A stretch of 64,000 bases of DNA from Candidatus Eiseniibacteriota bacterium (GTDB lineage: Bacteria > Eisenbacteria > RBG-16-71-46): assembly GCA_963717505.1 (NCBI GenBank), contig OY970342.1:2048001-2112000 (forward strand), in the 5' to 3' direction. Numbering within the stretch: the first letter of the stretch is position 1; every line of letters starts with the position of its first letter. This document shows, one piece after another, positions 49,501 through 59,420 of the stretch. A program made the translations under genes and the position numbers. The notes below the pieces were generated by a model. It worked only from the letters and a program-made list of their open reading frames with translations, did not search any database and had not been told where the DNA came from.

Positions 49501-49586
49501 GGAGGGATGGCCGAGTGGTTTAAGGCGCCGGTCTTGAAAACCGGAGAGCGAAAGCTCCGTGGGTTCGAATCCTACTCCCTCCGCCA
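49501..49586 (+). tRNA. tRNA-Ser (anticodon TGA)
   Basis: GGAGGGA/TCCCTCC acceptor stem, CT-TGA-AA loop, long variable arm, GTTCGAAT, encoded CCA. Confidence 0.95.
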
Positions 49587-49599
49587 GTTTCGATCATTT

Positions 49600-49692
49600 G
49601 GAGAGGTGGCCGAGTTGGCTGAAGGCAGCCGCCTGCTAAGCGGTTGACCGGGTAAAACCGGTCCGGAGGTTCGAATCCTCTCCTCTCCGCCA
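49600..49692 (+). tRNA. tRNA-Ser (anticodon GCT)
   Basis: GGAGAGG/CCTCTCC stem, CT-GCT-AA loop, long variable arm, CCA. Confidence 0.95.
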
Positions 49693-49744
49693 GCCTCGAC
49701 GTGCCGGTTCCCGGCGCGGGCCGCGGAAGGTATTCGCACGAGGC

Positions 49745-49821
<77 letters not shown>

Positions 49822-49898
49822 TTCTCTCCACCCAGCTCGATCGAGCGAGCAAAGGACCCCTCGAAGACTGCGAACGCGGTGCGGATCCGACCCGATTC

Positions 49899-50726
49899 CT
49901 AGCTGAGTCGGATGCCCGGGCCCAGGACGACCACGAAGAAGGTCAGGACGACGGCTCCCGCGGCGATCCAGGCCCAACTCCTCTCGATCGCCAGGGGATC
50001 GGCCGGCGTCCCCACGGAAGGTTTGCGCGGAATGCCGAAGTACCAGGCGAGCAGCGACGTGCCTCCGAGCCCCGCGGCGACCGCGGAGATCAGGACGACC
50101 TGCCAGCCGTAGGGGTTGAGAGTCCCCGCGACCACCATCGTCGCGCTGCCAGCCAAGTAGGGCAACAGGCAGAGTCTGCGGGCGCGCGCCGAACGAATTA
50201 CCGGGTCCGTCCCGAGGAACGGGTCCAGCGGCGGCCCGAGGAGCCGCGGCGCGACGATGAAGTAGAGGAGCCCGCCCACGAGCGCCATGCCGCCACGAAG
50301 CAGCCAGGGCGAGCCGAGTCCTTCCACCACCCGCGCCCAATCGCCGATTCCGCCGATCCCGGAATAGAGCAGATAGCCGAACGCGGTCAGAAGGTTCACC
50401 GCAGCGAACAGCCAGAGGAAGTATCGCGACGTCGAGGGCAGTCGGCCGCGGCCTAGGGTCCAAACGATCGGCAGGCCGACCAGCACGTTCGCGATGCTGC
50501 CCCCCGCCGAGATCCACTTTCGCTGGAGGATCGTGGCCGCCGCGGCGTCGTACTCGAAGAAGATCGCGTTGAGCATGGTCGGGCGAGCTCCGACCAGGAG
50601 GCAGGTCCCTCCGTGCCCGATCCCTTCGTGGACGATGTTCGCCAAAGTGTAGGCGAGTACCGAGATCGCCAGCACGGTAGGCACGTCGACGCGGGCCGAT
50701 CGTGCGTTGGTGAGCATGTTCGGCAC
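49899..50726 (-). CDS. Polytopic membrane protein with M50 peptidase-like motif
   Basis: IVHEGIGH (HExxxH variant), SAGG..AN, GIGDW; multiple TMs. Confidence 0.6.
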   Translation of the reverse strand: MPNMLTNARSARVDVPTVLAISVLAYTLANIVHEGIGHGGTCLLVGARPTMLNAIFFEYDAAAATILQRKWISAGGSIANVLVGLPIVWTLGRGRLPSTSRYFLWLFAAVNLLTAFGYLLYSGIGGIGDWARVVEGLGSPWLLRGGMALVGGLLYFIVAPRLLGPPLDPFLGTDPVIRSARARRLCLLPYLAGSATMVVAGTLNPYGWQVVLISAVAAGLGGTSLLAWYFGIPRKPSVGTPADPLAIERSWAWIAAGAVVLTFFVVVLGPGIRLS

Positions 50727-51070
50727 GTTACCGGAAGGTCGCGGGTTCCCCTATTTCGTGGGGGCACGCCCGGCCCCGAGTGGCCACTGGCGGCGTTACC
50801 GGTAGATCCGGAAACCGAGGGGCCTGTCCGACCTTCGAAGCCCATGCGGATTGCATGTCGCGGGGCAGACTGCACGTCCTCGCCCTGGCAAAGGCCACAC
50901 AGTTCTGTCTCCCACGCCAGTGATCCTGTAGAATCACTCCATTCGCCGGGATCAAACATCACAACGAGTCGGGCCACTCAGAAGTTCCCGCACTTCGGGA
51001 GGCTGAACGGGGTTACCACCCATTCGCCACGCAGATGCCGCATCTGCCCTCCAGCGGGAAATCGCCTGCC

Positions 51071-52978
51071 ATGAATCACGAGGCCTTGACGGCCGAATCG
51101 TTCCTTAGAATGCCTGCGCCCCTGACGACCAACGGTATGCCCGCTGGAGTGCGTTGCGTGTTCGAGGAGATCCAGGAGCAGGCCGCCCGCACCCCGGACG
51201 TCACGGCTATCGTGACCGAAGGCGGGCGGATGACTTACCGCGAGCTGAACCAACGCGCGAACCAGCTGGCGCATCGGCTGCGCCGGCTCGGCGTCGGGCC
51301 GGACGTGCTGGTCGCCACGTTCGTGAAGCGCACGCCGGACATGATCGTGGCGCTCCTCGGCATCTGGAAGGCCGGCGGCGTCTACGTGCCGCTCGATCCC
51401 GATTACCCGAAAGCCCGGCTCCAGCTCCTGCTGGACGACGCGCAAGTCTCGGTGCTCGTGACCCACGCCAGCTTGATGGACCGCCTGCCGGACTCGATCC
51501 CCGAGGTCGTGCGCCTCGACGAGTCCGTCCTCGAAGACGAGGATCGCTCCGACCTCGAGTCGATCGTGACCGAGGACCATGCGGCCTACGTGCTCTACAC
51601 CTCGGGCTCGACCGGAGTCCCCAAGGGGGTCGTGGTCGAGCACGGAGCGATCGCGACCCATTGCGCCGCGATTCGCGACCGCTACGAGATCACCGCCGAG
51701 GACTGTGCCCTGCTGTTCCACTCGGTGACCTTCGATCCTTCGCTCGAAGAGATCCTGCCGCTGCTCATGTGCGGCGGGCGGGTCGCGATTCGTGGCGACG
51801 AAGTCTGGCTTCCGGAGGATTGTCACCGGCGCCTGGCCGATCTGGGCGTGACCATCCTGTTGCTGACCCCGGTCTACTGGCTGCATGTGATCCGTGACTG
51901 GAACGATCGACCCAATCACGATCCTGGACCGCAGCTCCGGCTGGTGGTCATCGGCGGCGACTTCATGCCGATCGAGTGTGTGCGGTTGTGGTCTTCGTGG
52001 CGACGCGACTCGGTGCGCCTGATCAACGCGTACGGTCCGACCGAAGCGACGGTCACCGCGACCACCTACGACATCTCGGCGAACCTGCCCGCCGCACTGA
52101 CGTCCGAGCGCTTGCCGATCGGCCAGCCGCTCGCCGGTCGCCGCGTGCACATCCTCGACGCGGCCCGAAATCCGGTGCCGGTGGGAGTGCCCGGTGAGCT
52201 GCACATCGGCGGCTATGGGGTCGCACGCGGCTACCTCAATCGGCCCGAGCTGACCGCAGAGAAGTTCGTGCCCGACCCGGAGGGCGGCGAGTCGGGAGCC
52301 CGGATGTACCGCACCGGCGACGTCGCGCGATGGCGTCCGGACGGGCAGATCGAAATGCTCGGCCGCGTCGATCATCAGGTCAAGATCCGCGGCTTTCGTG
52401 TCGAACTGGGAGAAGTCGAGGCCGCTCTGGCGCGGCAACCGGGCGTCGACAGCGCCGCCGTGATTGCGAACGGCGCCTCGGCCGACGACCGCCGGCTCGT
52501 GGGCTACGTGGTCCTGCGGCCGGGTGAGAACGGGTCCTTGGCGGATCTGCGTGCGGCACTCGCTCGCGAGCTGGCGGAACACATGGTGCCGGCGCGCCTG
52601 GTTCGGCTCGAGCACATGCCGACCCTCGCGAACGGCAAGATCGACCGCGCCGCACTGCCCGAGCCCGACCGCTCGCGGCCCGAGGAGTTCGATTCCTACG
52701 TGGCGCCGCGAACCCCCTTCGAGGAGATCGTGGCCGCGACCATGACCGAAGTGCTCGCGATCGATCGGGTCGGAGTCCACGACGATTTCTTTCAACTGGG
52801 GGGCCACTCCCTTCTGGCGACCCAGGTCATTTCCCGTCTTCGTGAAGCGTTCGGCGCCGAACTGCCGCTGCGCACCATCTTCGAGCATCCGACGGTCGAG
52901 GGGCTGAGCCTTGCGATCCTGAACCTGTTGGCCTCGCAGGACGCGGGTGCGGCTTTCGACCACGGATTGGCCGAGTAA
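51071..52978 (+). CDS. NRPS loading module (A-T)
   Basis: YTSGSTGVPKG, NAYGPTE, YRTGD, QVKIRGFRVELGE, NGKIDR; carrier motif FFQLGGHSL; start uncertain. Confidence 0.92.
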   Translation: MNHEALTAESFLRMPAPLTTNGMPAGVRCVFEEIQEQAARTPDVTAIVTEGGRMTYRELNQRANQLAHRLRRLGVGPDVLVATFVKRTPDMIVALLGIWKAGGVYVPLDPDYPKARLQLLLDDAQVSVLVTHASLMDRLPDSIPEVVRLDESVLEDEDRSDLESIVTEDHAAYVLYTSGSTGVPKGVVVEHGAIATHCAAIRDRYEITAEDCALLFHSVTFDPSLEEILPLLMCGGRVAIRGDEVWLPEDCHRRLADLGVTILLLTPVYWLHVIRDWNDRPNHDPGPQLRLVVIGGDFMPIECVRLWSSWRRDSVRLINAYGPTEATVTATTYDISANLPAALTSERLPIGQPLAGRRVHILDAARNPVPVGVPGELHIGGYGVARGYLNRPELTAEKFVPDPEGGESGARMYRTGDVARWRPDGQIEMLGRVDHQVKIRGFRVELGEVEAALARQPGVDSAAVIANGASADDRRLVGYVVLRPGENGSLADLRAALARELAEHMVPARLVRLEHMPTLANGKIDRAALPEPDRSRPEEFDSYVAPRTPFEEIVAATMTEVLAIDRVGVHDDFFQLGGHSLLATQVISRLREAFGAELPLRTIFEHPTVEGLSLAILNLLASQDAGAAFDHGLAE

Positions 52979-52992
52979 GGCAATAGGATCCT

Positions 52993-55900
52993 CTGACCAG
53001 CAACCTCTCTCAACTTTCGCCCGAGCAGCGGATCGAGCTCGAGCGTCGCTTGCTCAGGCGGCCGACGGCCGCCAAGGCGGGAATCCCGCGCCGAACCCCC
53101 GGTGTGCCGTGCCCGCTGTCCCACGCCCAGCAGCGCCTCTGGTTCCTCGACCAGTACGAGCCGGGGAGCGCCGTCTACAACATCCCGATGGCCTGGACGA
53201 TCAGAGGTCCGTTGAACCTCGAGGCGCTCCACCGAGCGTTCCAGGCGCTGGTCGAGCGCCACGAGGCCCTGCGCACCACCTTCGCGACGCTCGAGGACGT
53301 TCCGGTTCAGGTGGTGGCCCCGCGGGTGACCGTGCCGTTCGAGGTCATCGATCTGGCTCCGGGCTCGCCGGAGCAACGCGAGGCCGAGCTGGCGCGCCTG
53401 CTCGAGCAATACGGGGCCCAGCCCTTCGATCTGTCCCGCGACGTGATGATTCGCGCCCACGTGCTTCGACGGTCGGCCGACGATCACGTGCTGCTGCTCA
53501 ACCTGCACCACATCGCCTCCGACGGCTGGTCGATCGACATCGTGATCCGCGAGCTGTCGGCGTTCTACCGGGCTTTCGCCTCCGGAGGGACGCCGGCGCT
53601 GGCCGAGTTGCCGATCCAGTACGCCGACTACGCCGTCTGGCAGCGGGAGTGGCTCTCGGGCCCGGTGCTCGACAAGCAATTGGCCTACTGGCGACACCAG
53701 CTCGACGGCGCCCCACCGGATCTCGAGCTGCCGGCCGATGCGTCGCGGCACGAGGTCGCCGGCGCGCGCAGCGGCACCCGGACGCTGGCGCTCTCCACCG
53801 AGCTGTCGCGCCGCCTCGAGGAGCTGGGCCGTTCCGAAGGCGCCACGCTGTTCATGACGCTGCTCGCTGGGTTTCAAATTGCGGCCGGGCGGCTAGCGGG
53901 ACGCCGCGACGTCGTGGTCGGCACGCCGATCGCCGGACGCAACCGCGAGGCGATCGAGGGCTTGATCGGCTTCTTCGTCAACACGCTGGTCCTGCGCGTC
54001 GATCTCGCGAATGATCCGACCTTCCGCGACGTGTTGCGTCGCGTGCGGCAGTCGACGCTCGACGCCTACGCCCACCAGGACCTGCCGTTCGAGAAGCTGG
54101 TCGAGGAGCTCCATCCCGAGCGTTCGCTCCACCGGACACCGCTGTTCCAGGTGTTCTTCAACATGCTGAACACCGCGGGCGAAGAGCTGCGGTTGCCCGA
54201 TCTCGACGTCGAGTGGGTGGCGCCGCCCGCGATCGACTCCAAGTTCGACCTCACGCTCTACGCGCGTCCGCGGCCGGAGGGCGTGCTGCTCACGGCCGTG
54301 TTCAACGCCGAGCTGTTCCGCGAATCGCGCGCCGAGGAGTTCCTGGGTCAGTTCGAGCGCCTGCTGAGCGCGGTCGCGGACGATCCGGACCGGCGGGTCG
54401 ACGGCTACTCGCTGGTGACGCGCGACGCCGAGCGCGTGCTTCCGGATCCGACGCAGGCGCTGCCGGCGGTGGCCGGTCGGCCGGTGCACGAGCAGTTCAC
54501 GCTGCAGGCGGCCCGGACCCCGGCGCAGCTCGCGGTCGCCGACCCCTCGGAGTCGTGGACCTACAGCGAGCTCGAGACGCGCAGCAATCAGCTCGCGCAC
54601 CGGCTGATCGAGCTGGGCGTCGCTCCCGGCAACGTGGTCGCGATCTACGCGCACCGTAGCGCTTCGATGGTGTGGGCGATGCTGGGCGTGTGGAAAGCGG
54701 GTGCCGCATTCCTGGTGCTCGACCCGGCGCTGCCCACCGCGCGGCTGATCGACTGCGTGAAGCAGACGCAACCGACCGCCTGGCTCCAGCTGGAATCAGC
54801 CGGGACGCTGCCGGAACCGATCGCCGAGACGCTGTCGCGGATGACGGCGCTCCAGCGCCTTTCGCTGCCGACCCGCTCGCGGGCCGCGGTCACGGGGTTC
54901 CTGGCGGGACTGCCGACCGCCGCGCCCGCAGCACGAGTCGGCCCCGATTCGCTTGCCTACGTCGCGTTCACCTCGGGATCGACCGGTGCGCCCAAAGGCA
55001 TTCTCGGAACGCACGGCCCGCTCAGCCATTTCCTCGGCTGGCACATCGCGAGCTTCGGGCTCTCGGCGGCCGATCGCTTCAGCCTGCTCTCCGGTCTCGC
55101 GCACGATCCGTTGCTGCGCGACGTCTGCACGCCGCTGGTGCTCGGCGCCACCCTCATGATCCCGGAGCCTGACGATCTGGCGAGTGCTCGCCTGGCCCAG
55201 TGGATGGCGCGCGAGCGAATCACGGTCGCGCACCTGACCCCGGCCCTCGGTCAGGTCCTGGCCCGCGGCGCGAGCGCCGGCCCGGATGCCGCGAGGATGC
55301 CGGCGTTGCGTTGGCTGTTCTTCGGCGGCGACCGATTGACCCGGCGCGACGTGGATGCGGCGCGCGAGTGGGCTCCGGGTGCGCGCTGCGTCAACTTCTA
55401 CGGCACGACCGAGACTCCGCAGGCCATGGGCTGGCACGAGGTGGCGCCGGGCGCGGCAGGCGAGTCGCCGGCGTCCGAGGTCTATCCGGTCGGCCGCGGC
55501 ATCGACGGTGTCCAACTCCTGGTGCTGAACCGCGCCGGGGTTCATTGCGGCATCGGCGAGCTGGGCGAGATCCACGTGCGCACGCCCTACCTGACCCAGG
55601 GCTATCTCGGCGATCCGATGCTGACCCGCGAGCGCTACCTGCAGAATCCGTTCTCGGACCGGAACGGCGATCGGATGTATCGGACCGGTGATCTTGGCCG
55701 ATACCGAATCGACGGAACCGTCGACTTCGTCGGAAGGGCGGATGAGCAAGTGAAGATCCGAGGCCATCGGGTCGAGCCGGCCGAGATCGAAGCGATCCTG
55801 CGCGGTCACGATGCGGTCGGCGATGCCCTGGCCCTGGTCCTGGGCGGGGAATCGGGGGGCAGGTTGGTGGCGTACGTGGTGGCGCGCAACGGCGAGCGGC

Positions 55901-56391
55901 CCGATCCGCGGGATCTGCGTGTGTTCCTCAGGGAGCGACTGCCCGAGTTCATGATTCCATCAGCGTACGTGGTTCTCGACCGCATGCCGCTGACCGCCAA
56001 CGGAAAGATCGACCGCGCCGCCCTGCCGCCGCCGGAACTCCGCGCGTCGGACGCGGACTCGGCCGATGACGAGGGCGCTCCTCAGACCACGACCGAGAAG
56101 ATGATCGCCACGGTCTGGCAGGAGTTGCTCCAGATCGACCGCGTCACGGTGTTCGACAACTTTCTCGATCTCGGCGGCCATTCGCTGCTCGGTCTCGAGA
56201 TGATCGCCCGGGTGAAACGGCAGTATGGAGTCGAGATCCGTCCGCGCGAGCTGATGTTCCAATCCCTGGGACAGGTGGCCGCCTCATGCGCCGAACGGAT
56301 GATCACGCCTGCGGAGAAACCTTCCGGAGTCCTCGGCGCGTTCCTGGGCTGGATCCGGGGAGTGTTCGGCGTGTCGCGGGGCGAGCGATGA
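52993..56391 (+). CDS. NRPS extension module (C-A-T), no TE or R domain
   Basis: LSHAQQRLWF, HHIASDG, FTSGSTGAPKG, NFYGTTE, YRTGD, FLDLGGHSL; frame open from 52987, probable CTG start 52993. Confidence 0.92.
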   Translation: MTSNLSQLSPEQRIELERRLLRRPTAAKAGIPRRTPGVPCPLSHAQQRLWFLDQYEPGSAVYNIPMAWTIRGPLNLEALHRAFQALVERHEALRTTFATLEDVPVQVVAPRVTVPFEVIDLAPGSPEQREAELARLLEQYGAQPFDLSRDVMIRAHVLRRSADDHVLLLNLHHIASDGWSIDIVIRELSAFYRAFASGGTPALAELPIQYADYAVWQREWLSGPVLDKQLAYWRHQLDGAPPDLELPADASRHEVAGARSGTRTLALSTELSRRLEELGRSEGATLFMTLLAGFQIAAGRLAGRRDVVVGTPIAGRNREAIEGLIGFFVNTLVLRVDLANDPTFRDVLRRVRQSTLDAYAHQDLPFEKLVEELHPERSLHRTPLFQVFFNMLNTAGEELRLPDLDVEWVAPPAIDSKFDLTLYARPRPEGVLLTAVFNAELFRESRAEEFLGQFERLLSAVADDPDRRVDGYSLVTRDAERVLPDPTQALPAVAGRPVHEQFTLQAARTPAQLAVADPSESWTYSELETRSNQLAHRLIELGVAPGNVVAIYAHRSASMVWAMLGVWKAGAAFLVLDPALPTARLIDCVKQTQPTAWLQLESAGTLPEPIAETLSRMTALQRLSLPTRSRAAVTGFLAGLPTAAPAARVGPDSLAYVAFTSGSTGAPKGILGTHGPLSHFLGWHIASFGLSAADRFSLLSGLAHDPLLRDVCTPLVLGATLMIPEPDDLASARLAQWMARERITVAHLTPALGQVLARGASAGPDAARMPALRWLFFGGDRLTRRDVDAAREWAPGARCVNFYGTTETPQAMGWHEVAPGAAGESPASEVYPVGRGIDGVQLLVLNRAGVHCGIGELGEIHVRTPYLTQGYLGDPMLTRERYLQNPFSDRNGDRMYRTGDLGRYRIDGTVDFVGRADEQVKIRGHRVEPAEIEAILRGHDAVGDALALVLGGESGGRLVAYVVARNGERPDPRDLRVFLRERLPEFMIPSAYVVLDRMPLTANGKIDRAALPPPELRASDADSADDEGAPQTTTEKMIATVWQELLQIDRVTVFDNFLDLGGHSLLGLEMIARVKRQYGVEIRPRELMFQSLGQVAASCAERMITPAEKPSGVLGAFLGWIRGVFGVSRGER

Positions 56392-57239
56392 TCGATTCGG
56401 CCAGTCCGATTCCCACGCCCCCCCGAACCTTCGGCGAAGTCGTGGAGCCGTTCCTGTTCCGGGGGCCCGAAAGACCTCTCTACGGTTGCCTTCACCGTGC
56501 GGCCGCCCGAACCGGTCGGACCACCGCCGTCGTGCTGTGTCAGCCGGTCGGGCCCGAGTACATTCGCTCCCACCGTGCCATGCGACAGCTCGCGAGTCGG
56601 TTGTCGCGCGTCGGGTGCACGGTTCTGCGCTTCGACGCCTATGGCTGCGGCGACTCGTCCGGCGAAGACGAGCAGGGCGACGTCGACCAGTGGACTCAGG
56701 ACGTGAACGCGGCGATGGACGAACTGCGTGCGCGCGCGAACCCCGACGAGCTGGTGGTCGTGGGGCTGAGATTGGGAGGGTCGTTGGCGGCGTTGGCCGG
56801 CATGCAGCGGGCGGACATCGATCGCATGGTGCTGTGGGATCCGGTGCTTCGCGGGCAGGCGCATCTCGACGAGCTGCGTGCCAGCCATTCGAGGCAGCTC
56901 GCGTACCTGCAGGGTGGGCCGTCCCCCGCCCGGTCGACGCACGACCGCGACCGCACCGAGATTCTCGGCTTCAGTTTCGGGCCGAATCTGGTGTCGAGCC
57001 TGGCGGGCGTCGACCTGCTGGCGGCGGTTCGCCCCCCGGCGCGCAGGCTGCTGGTGATCGACAGCCGCGCGACCCCGGCGCTCGCCCCGCTCGCCGGTCA
57101 TTTCGAAGGTCTGTCGGCGCAGGCCGAATTCCTGCACCTGCCCGACCACGAAATCTGGATGGCGGCACCCGACACCGGTGTCGTGCCCGGTAAGGTGCTG
57201 CACGCGATCGTCTCGTGGGTGGCGAGGGCCGAAAGATGA
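56388..57239 (+). CDS. alpha/beta hydrolase, exosortase-system hydrolase 2-like (no canonical nucleophile)
   Basis: LRFDAYGCGDSSG, elbow GLRLGG, LWDPVLRG. Confidence 0.78.
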   Translation: MIDSASPIPTPPRTFGEVVEPFLFRGPERPLYGCLHRAAARTGRTTAVVLCQPVGPEYIRSHRAMRQLASRLSRVGCTVLRFDAYGCGDSSGEDEQGDVDQWTQDVNAAMDELRARANPDELVVVGLRLGGSLAALAGMQRADIDRMVLWDPVLRGQAHLDELRASHSRQLAYLQGGPSPARSTHDRDRTEILGFSFGPNLVSSLAGVDLLAAVRPPARRLLVIDSRATPALAPLAGHFEGLSAQAEFLHLPDHEIWMAAPDTGVVPGKVLHAIVSWVARAER

Positions 57240-58129
57240 CCGAACAGGTCGTGGTCTTCGGACACGCGAGCACGCTGGTCGGGATGATCCACCTTCCGCC
57301 CGCCGAGCTGCGTCGCACCGACGCGCCGGGCATCGTGCTGCTGAACGCCGGGATGGTCCACCGGGTCGGGCCGAACCGGCTCTACGTGAAGCTGGCGCGC
57401 GACCTGGCGGCGCACGGCCACGTCGTCCTGCGCTTCGACTTCTCGGGGTTCGGCGACAGTGGGGTCCGGCGCGATCATCTGCCGCTCGAGAAGTGCATGG
57501 TCGACGAGACCTCGGAAGCCATGAGTCTGCTGAGTGCGCGATACGGCTGCAGCACGTTCCTGCTCATGGGCCTGTGTTCCGGCGCGACCGCCTCACTCAG
57601 GACCGCCGCCTGCAACCCCCGGGTGATCGGGGCGGTGCTGGTCAACATGCGCGCCGGCGGCGACGAGATGCGTTCGTACATCATGGGTCGCAGCGCATTG
57701 CGCAAGTACAGTCAGGTGCTGGCGCGGGATCGCCTGCACTGGATCGAGACCATCCGCAAACGCATGGACCTGCGTCGGCTGATCAACGTGGTTCGCGCCA
57801 TGGGCCGCGACCTGGTCGGGCGAATCGGCAAGTCGTTTCCGGAGGCCCAGCAGACCGCCTCCGAGATGCACGCGGTCACCAGCCGGGGCGCTAGGCTCCT
57901 GGTGCTGTGCTCGGAGTGGGATCCGGGGCTCGACTTCATGAAGGTGGTCCTGAAGGATCTGCATTCCCGGTTTGGCGCGAGCCCGGCGCTGCAGCATGAG
58001 ACCATCACCGGGTCCGACCACACCTTCACCGAGGCCGGCAAGCGGGCCGAATTGTTCGGGCTCATCCACGGGTGGGTGGCCAAGGCGAATGGCCACTCCC
58101 GGGACCTCCGGCTGCAGGACGCGAGCTGA
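57236..58129 (+). CDS. alpha/beta hydrolase, exosortase-system hydrolase 1-like (Cys elbow)
   Basis: HRVGPNR, LRFDFSGFGDS, GLCSGA, SDHTF. Confidence 0.78.
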   Translation: MTEQVVVFGHASTLVGMIHLPPAELRRTDAPGIVLLNAGMVHRVGPNRLYVKLARDLAAHGHVVLRFDFSGFGDSGVRRDHLPLEKCMVDETSEAMSLLSARYGCSTFLLMGLCSGATASLRTAACNPRVIGAVLVNMRAGGDEMRSYIMGRSALRKYSQVLARDRLHWIETIRKRMDLRRLINVVRAMGRDLVGRIGKSFPEAQQTASEMHAVTSRGARLLVLCSEWDPGLDFMKVVLKDLHSRFGASPALQHETITGSDHTFTEAGKRAELFGLIHGWVAKANGHSRDLRLQDAS

Positions 58130-58160
58130 ACCCGACCGGCGAGGCGGGATCTCATCCACC

Positions 58161-59420
58161 ATGCACATCCTCTACCTGACCACCGGCTTCCCGTTCCCGC
58201 TGATCAGCGGCCGGCTGCGTCAGTTTCACTTCATCCGGCAGTTGTCGCACCACCATGAGGTGACGCTGGTCGCACTGGTCGGCAAGGACTTCACGACCGA
58301 ACAGGCCAAGGCCGTCGAGCCGATCGTGGAGCGCCTGGTGACCGTGGTCGCGGCTTCCGAGGGCGGTGGACTGGTGTCGCGCCTGACCCGCCGCATCAGC
58401 GTGATGGTCACCGGCACCAGCCCGGATCACGGCGAGATGCGCCGCGTCGTCCAACGTCTGCTCAAGGAACATCCGTGCGAAGCGGTGATCTTCAGCGTGT
58501 CGGCGATGCCGGCGCTCGAAGGACTGGTGCTGCCGCCGTTGGTCGCCGACGTGTGCGATGCGGCCGAGGTCCACATCCGCAGCCAGCTGCAGCACGCCTC
58601 GGGCGCGCAAATCCCGATACTGCGCATGACCCTGCTGTTGGCGCAGCGCATCATGGCCCGCGTGACCAAGAAATCGTCGCACATGTTGTTTGCCAGCCGC
58701 CGCGACCTGGAAGCTGCGGTCGGAGAGTCGCTGGAATCGGCGACCGTGGTCGCCAACGGCGTCGACGTCGAGTACTGGAAGCGCAACACGAAGGAGCTTG
58801 GCCGGAACGCGATCGTGTTCACCGGCAGCATGAAGTACCCGCCCAACACCGATGCCGCGATGCTCCTGATCCACGAAATCCTGCCGATCGTCCGGCAAAC
58901 GGTGCCGGAAACCGAACTGTTCATCGTCGGCCACAGTCCGACGCCGGAGCTGATCGAGGCCGGGAAGCAGACGCCGGGGGTGAACGTCACCGGGTTGGTC
59001 GATGACGTTCGGCCCTACTTGGAGAAGGCGGCGGTGTTCGCAGCACCCCTGCGTTTCGGCGCCGGCATCCAGAACAAGCTGCTCGAGGCCATGGCGATGG
59101 AAGTCCCGGTCGTGACCTCGCAGCTCGCGGCCGACGGCCTGATCCCCCGCGGCGACATCGCGCCGCCGGTCGAGGTCGCCGACGAGCCCAGGCAATTCGC
59201 CGAAGCCATCCTGCGCTGCTTTGCCGCTCGCGATCGCGATCCCACCCCCGATGCCGGTGGCCGGAGCTTCGTCATGGAGCACTTCACGTGGGAGGGCAGC
59301 GGGCTCAAGCTCGAACACGTCCTGAACCGCGTGGCGGTGGATTCGCCGTTCCCGGTGCCGCCGCCGGTGGCCCCAGCACCGGGGGGCCGGCCCCCGGATC
59401 GGGAGCCCGTGGTTCGGTGA
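58161..59420 (+). CDS. GT4 glycosyltransferase (PEP-CTERM/XrtA-associated-like)
   Basis: FPFPLISGRLR, NGVD, FTGSMKYPPN, PLRFGAGIQNKLLEAMA. Confidence 0.85.
   Translation: MHILYLTTGFPFPLISGRLRQFHFIRQLSHHHEVTLVALVGKDFTTEQAKAVEPIVERLVTVVAASEGGGLVSRLTRRISVMVTGTSPDHGEMRRVVQRLLKEHPCEAVIFSVSAMPALEGLVLPPLVADVCDAAEVHIRSQLQHASGAQIPILRMTLLLAQRIMARVTKKSSHMLFASRRDLEAAVGESLESATVVANGVDVEYWKRNTKELGRNAIVFTGSMKYPPNTDAAMLLIHEILPIVRQTVPETELFIVGHSPTPELIEAGKQTPGVNVTGLVDDVRPYLEKAAVFAAPLRFGAGIQNKLLEAMAMEVPVVTSQLAADGLIPRGDIAPPVEVADEPRQFAEAILRCFAARDRDPTPDAGGRSFVMEHFTWEGSGLKLEHVLNRVAVDSPFPVPPPVAPAPGGRPPDREPVVR

Noticed and set aside
49501-49586. tRNA with TGA in the anticodon loop as tRNA-Sec or a UGA suppressor for the selenoprotein
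   Set aside because: Anticodon TGA reads UCA (Ser); tRNA-Sec needs anticodon TCA and an 8-bp acceptor stem.
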